Assembly (NCBI GenBank): GCA_964583985.1
Contig: CAZOYD010000079.1
Span: 1-14,646 of the forward strand
Direction of reading: 5' to 3'
Length of the DNA stretch: 14,646 nucleotides
Source: an uncultured archaeon
GTDB lineage: Archaea > Asgardarchaeota > Lokiarchaeia > Sigyniarchaeales > SOKP01
The position numbers were made by a program, and so were the translations under genes. Shown in pieces: positions 12,587-14,646 of this stretch. The notes under the pieces were generated by a model that was given only the letters and a program-made list of their open reading frames with translations, was not told the DNA's origin and ran no database searches. Numbering within the stretch: the first letter of the stretch is position 1; each line of letters starts with the position of its first letter.

Positions 12587-14646
12587 TTATTTCAATTTAT
12601 CCATTTCCTTTGCTTTATTCGTGAGTCTTTTTACTTCTTTCATCATATCAGTAACACCCAATTTAAAGATCTCGGAAGCAATCTTTGAAGCATCTTTGAA
12701 ATTTGCTGCTGATTTAGCATAGTCCTTTTTCTTCATGGCGTCTTTTGCTTCTAGTTCCACTAGTTTTTTTTGGTGTTGTAAGTCTTCTATTGTAGTTTTC
12801 CTTATATTTTCCTGTAATTCAATGAATTCGGTCGATAACTCCCAATTTGATGCAATGACTGCTGCTCTACGATAAGTTTCAATTGATTTTATAAAATCTT
12901 TTTTATTTTTCAGACTATTTGCTGCTTTTATCAGGATTTTCAATTGCTTCTTGGCTGTTTTCTTATCCTCTATGACGGTTGTTCCCACTTTTGATTTTAT
13001 TGGAGCAGAAACTATCTCTTGATGTGATGTAAAACTTGCAAGATAAGCTTCTCTTTCAACAGGACCCACTTGAGATAGATCAGAAACCAACTTTTGTTTC
13101 TCTTCATTTGTTAAGTTTGTTATTTTTGAGACTTTCTGATTTATAAGGTTTATTTCTTGTTGAGATATTGGTTGAGCTTCTATTGCAGAAATTTCAATTG
13201 GAATTAGTATCTTTTTGTCTCTTAGCTCTTTGATACCCATAAATATTTCTGCAGTATCTCTATTTGTCGATTCACTGGCTTGTTTAAGTAGAGTGGCTAT
13301 GAAGAAAAATTTCCTGTCTGCTTCTTCACAACAAGTATGAGCAACTTTCAAAATTTCTCTTGAATGAGATGTCTTTAAATCTTTAACATCTGAAAAATCG
13401 TAGGATATTCGGTGAGGCAATATTATGGAAGTGTTGAGAAGATCATCAACGATTTGACCTGCATTTATGAAATGATTAAGCTGTCCTCTCCATTTTGGCA
13501 AAATGTCCTTGTAAGCATTTTCAAAAGCTTCGATAAATCGCTTCAAGTGTCTTCGAAGTATCAACGACCCTTTCTTAGCTAAAACTAATGCAACTCTAAT
13601 ATAAACTCCATCCGCTAGCAATAACATTTTATCTCCATAAGAAATTTCATTTAACGCTTCTTGTGCAACCATTTCCTTTCCAAACGATGATACTGCTGTA
13701 AGAAATCCACCAATTAACTCGGGATCAATTACTTCAGAACCATATGATTTGAAGAAAATACAAGTCCCCGTTCCTTTGTATAAAACTAGTATATGCTCTA
13801 AATTAATAGCATCATCAAAGATGGTTTTCACTTCAGTTAATATCCGTTGTTTCTCCCGTTTTTTAGGAACTACCACTCCTCTATATACACCTACTGAAAC
13901 AGCAGTAGCTAAAACCAATATTCCGATAAGAATAAAATAAGGAATTAAATCCGAAAATGAAAATGCGGGATTTATTCCAATATCTGCAATGTAAATAAAG
14001 GTTGATAAGTGGTAGTATGCAGTTGCGAGGATAACAGTAAGATTCATAGTGAGAGCGTTAATATTGACAATGATCTCAAATTCAGACTCCCCCGTACCGT
14101 TTGTTATGACTGGATTTAAAGTGGCAGCAGCAATTCCATTGAAGAAAGGTGTGATTTGTATCTCTGATCCTTGGATTGGCAACCAAATTCCATTGAAATA
14201 TTCCGCTCTTAATACTAATGTAAACGTATTTCCTGCATCAACATTTGGTGGTTGATACACTGAAATTAACCTAACTTGATATTTCGCAATAATGGTAAGA
14301 TTGAAGGCGAAAGAAGCATTCTCGTAATTGACCTTTGAAATCGTAATATTTATCAAATATCTACCCGGAACTAGAGCAGGATTTGATGTAAATATTGTCC
14401 CAATATGAGATTGAGATAGAAAATTCAGATTTTCAACAAGCGTACCACTGTCATTATTACCAAGATTAAGGTAATGTACTAAATAGGTGTCAACATCACC
14501 AATTACTAAGCTATCAAGGAATTCTGAATCGGTGATATTGAAATTAATATCTATATCACTTCCTTCAAAAATCGTATAGTTATTAATACCGCTAGGAGAA
14601 AGAAGCCCTCCAGGATCTTCCATGGAAATGAGATTTATCTGTGTAT
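12587..14646 (-). CDS. Large single-pass membrane protein (5'-partial): beta-rich glycosylated ectodomain, TM, cytoplasmic longin-like domain, helical C-terminus
   Basis: The frame stays open past ATG 14623 to the window edge (..TQINLIS-MEDP). There are 8 N-x-S/T sequons before the TM (13868-13948), a basic stop-transfer PKKREKQR, then HILVLYKGTGTCIFFKSY...DPELIGGFLTAVSSFGKE, typical of Asgard longin-like domains. Confidence 0.8.
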   Translation of the reverse strand, partial: TQINLISMEDPGGLLSPSGINNYTIFEGSDIDINFNITDSEFLDSLVIGDVDTYLVHYLNLGNNDSGTLVENLNFLSQSHIGTIFTSNPALVPGRYLINITISKVNYENASFAFNLTIIAKYQVRLISVYQPPNVDAGNTFTLVLRAEYFNGIWLPIQGSEIQITPFFNGIAAATLNPVITNGTGESEFEIIVNINALTMNLTVILATAYYHLSTFIYIADIGINPAFSFSDLIPYFILIGILVLATAVSVGVYRGVVVPKKREKQRILTEVKTIFDDAINLEHILVLYKGTGTCIFFKSYGSEVIDPELIGGFLTAVSSFGKEMVAQEALNEISYGDKMLLLADGVYIRVALVLAKKGSLILRRHLKRFIEAFENAYKDILPKWRGQLNHFINAGQIVDDLLNTSIILPHRISYDFSDVKDLKTSHSREILKVAHTCCEEADRKFFFIATLLKQASESTNRDTAEIFMGIKELRDKKILIPIEISAIEAQPISQQEINLINQKVSKITNLTNEEKQKLVSDLSQVGPVEREAYLASFTSHQEIVSAPIKSKVGTTVIEDKKTAKKQLKILIKAANSLKNKKDFIKSIETYRRAAVIASNWELSTEFIELQENIRKTTIEDLQHQKKLVELEAKDAMKKKDYAKSAANFKDASKIASEIFKLGVTDMMKEVKRLTNKAKEMDKLK

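Noticed and set aside
13749-14255. Two + strand ORFs (63 and 68 aa)
   Set aside because: Antisense shadows of the large membrane protein.
1-14646. CRISPR array, tRNA/rRNA, IS element or provirus
   Set aside because: No periodic repeat-spacer structure, no GC-rich structured RNA island, and no transposase, integrase or viral genes were recognised.

Overview
AT-rich, gene-dense archaeal chromosomal segment, very probably from an Asgard archaeon of the Lokiarchaeia type. This is inferred from an archaeal RadA, a stand-alone Roadblock/LC7 protein and a single-pass membrane protein with a cytoplasmic longin-like domain. It holds 13 supportable protein genes: a SAM methyltransferase, a stand-alone PAS_10 protein, a UPF0104/LPG-synthase-TM putative flippase, an ALG5-like GT2, a GT-C-type membrane glycosyltransferase, a serpin, a 4x[4Fe-4S] ferredoxin, a 2TM + double-RCK channel-like protein, aspartate kinase, a divergent PGI, Roadblock/LC7, RadA, and a 5'-truncated receptor-like longin protein. 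I saw no rRNA, tRNA, CRISPR array or mobile element. The most notable points: (i) a three-gene lipid-linked glycosylation module (ALG5-like synthase, flippase, GT-C with ALG6/ALG8-like motifs); (ii) RadA with a ~110-aa N-terminal extension (CxxCxxxH-x8-H zinc finger plus a 59% acidic tract with an internal duplication); (iii) an ectodomain-TM-longin-wHTH-like-helical-hairpin receptor-like protein near an orphan Roadblock gene; (iv) a K+-channel-like protein lacking both the GYG filter and the GxGxxG motifs; (v) a serpin with three commonly conserved prolines replaced by TCN serines. All family calls come from motif recognition by eye; no database searches were run.
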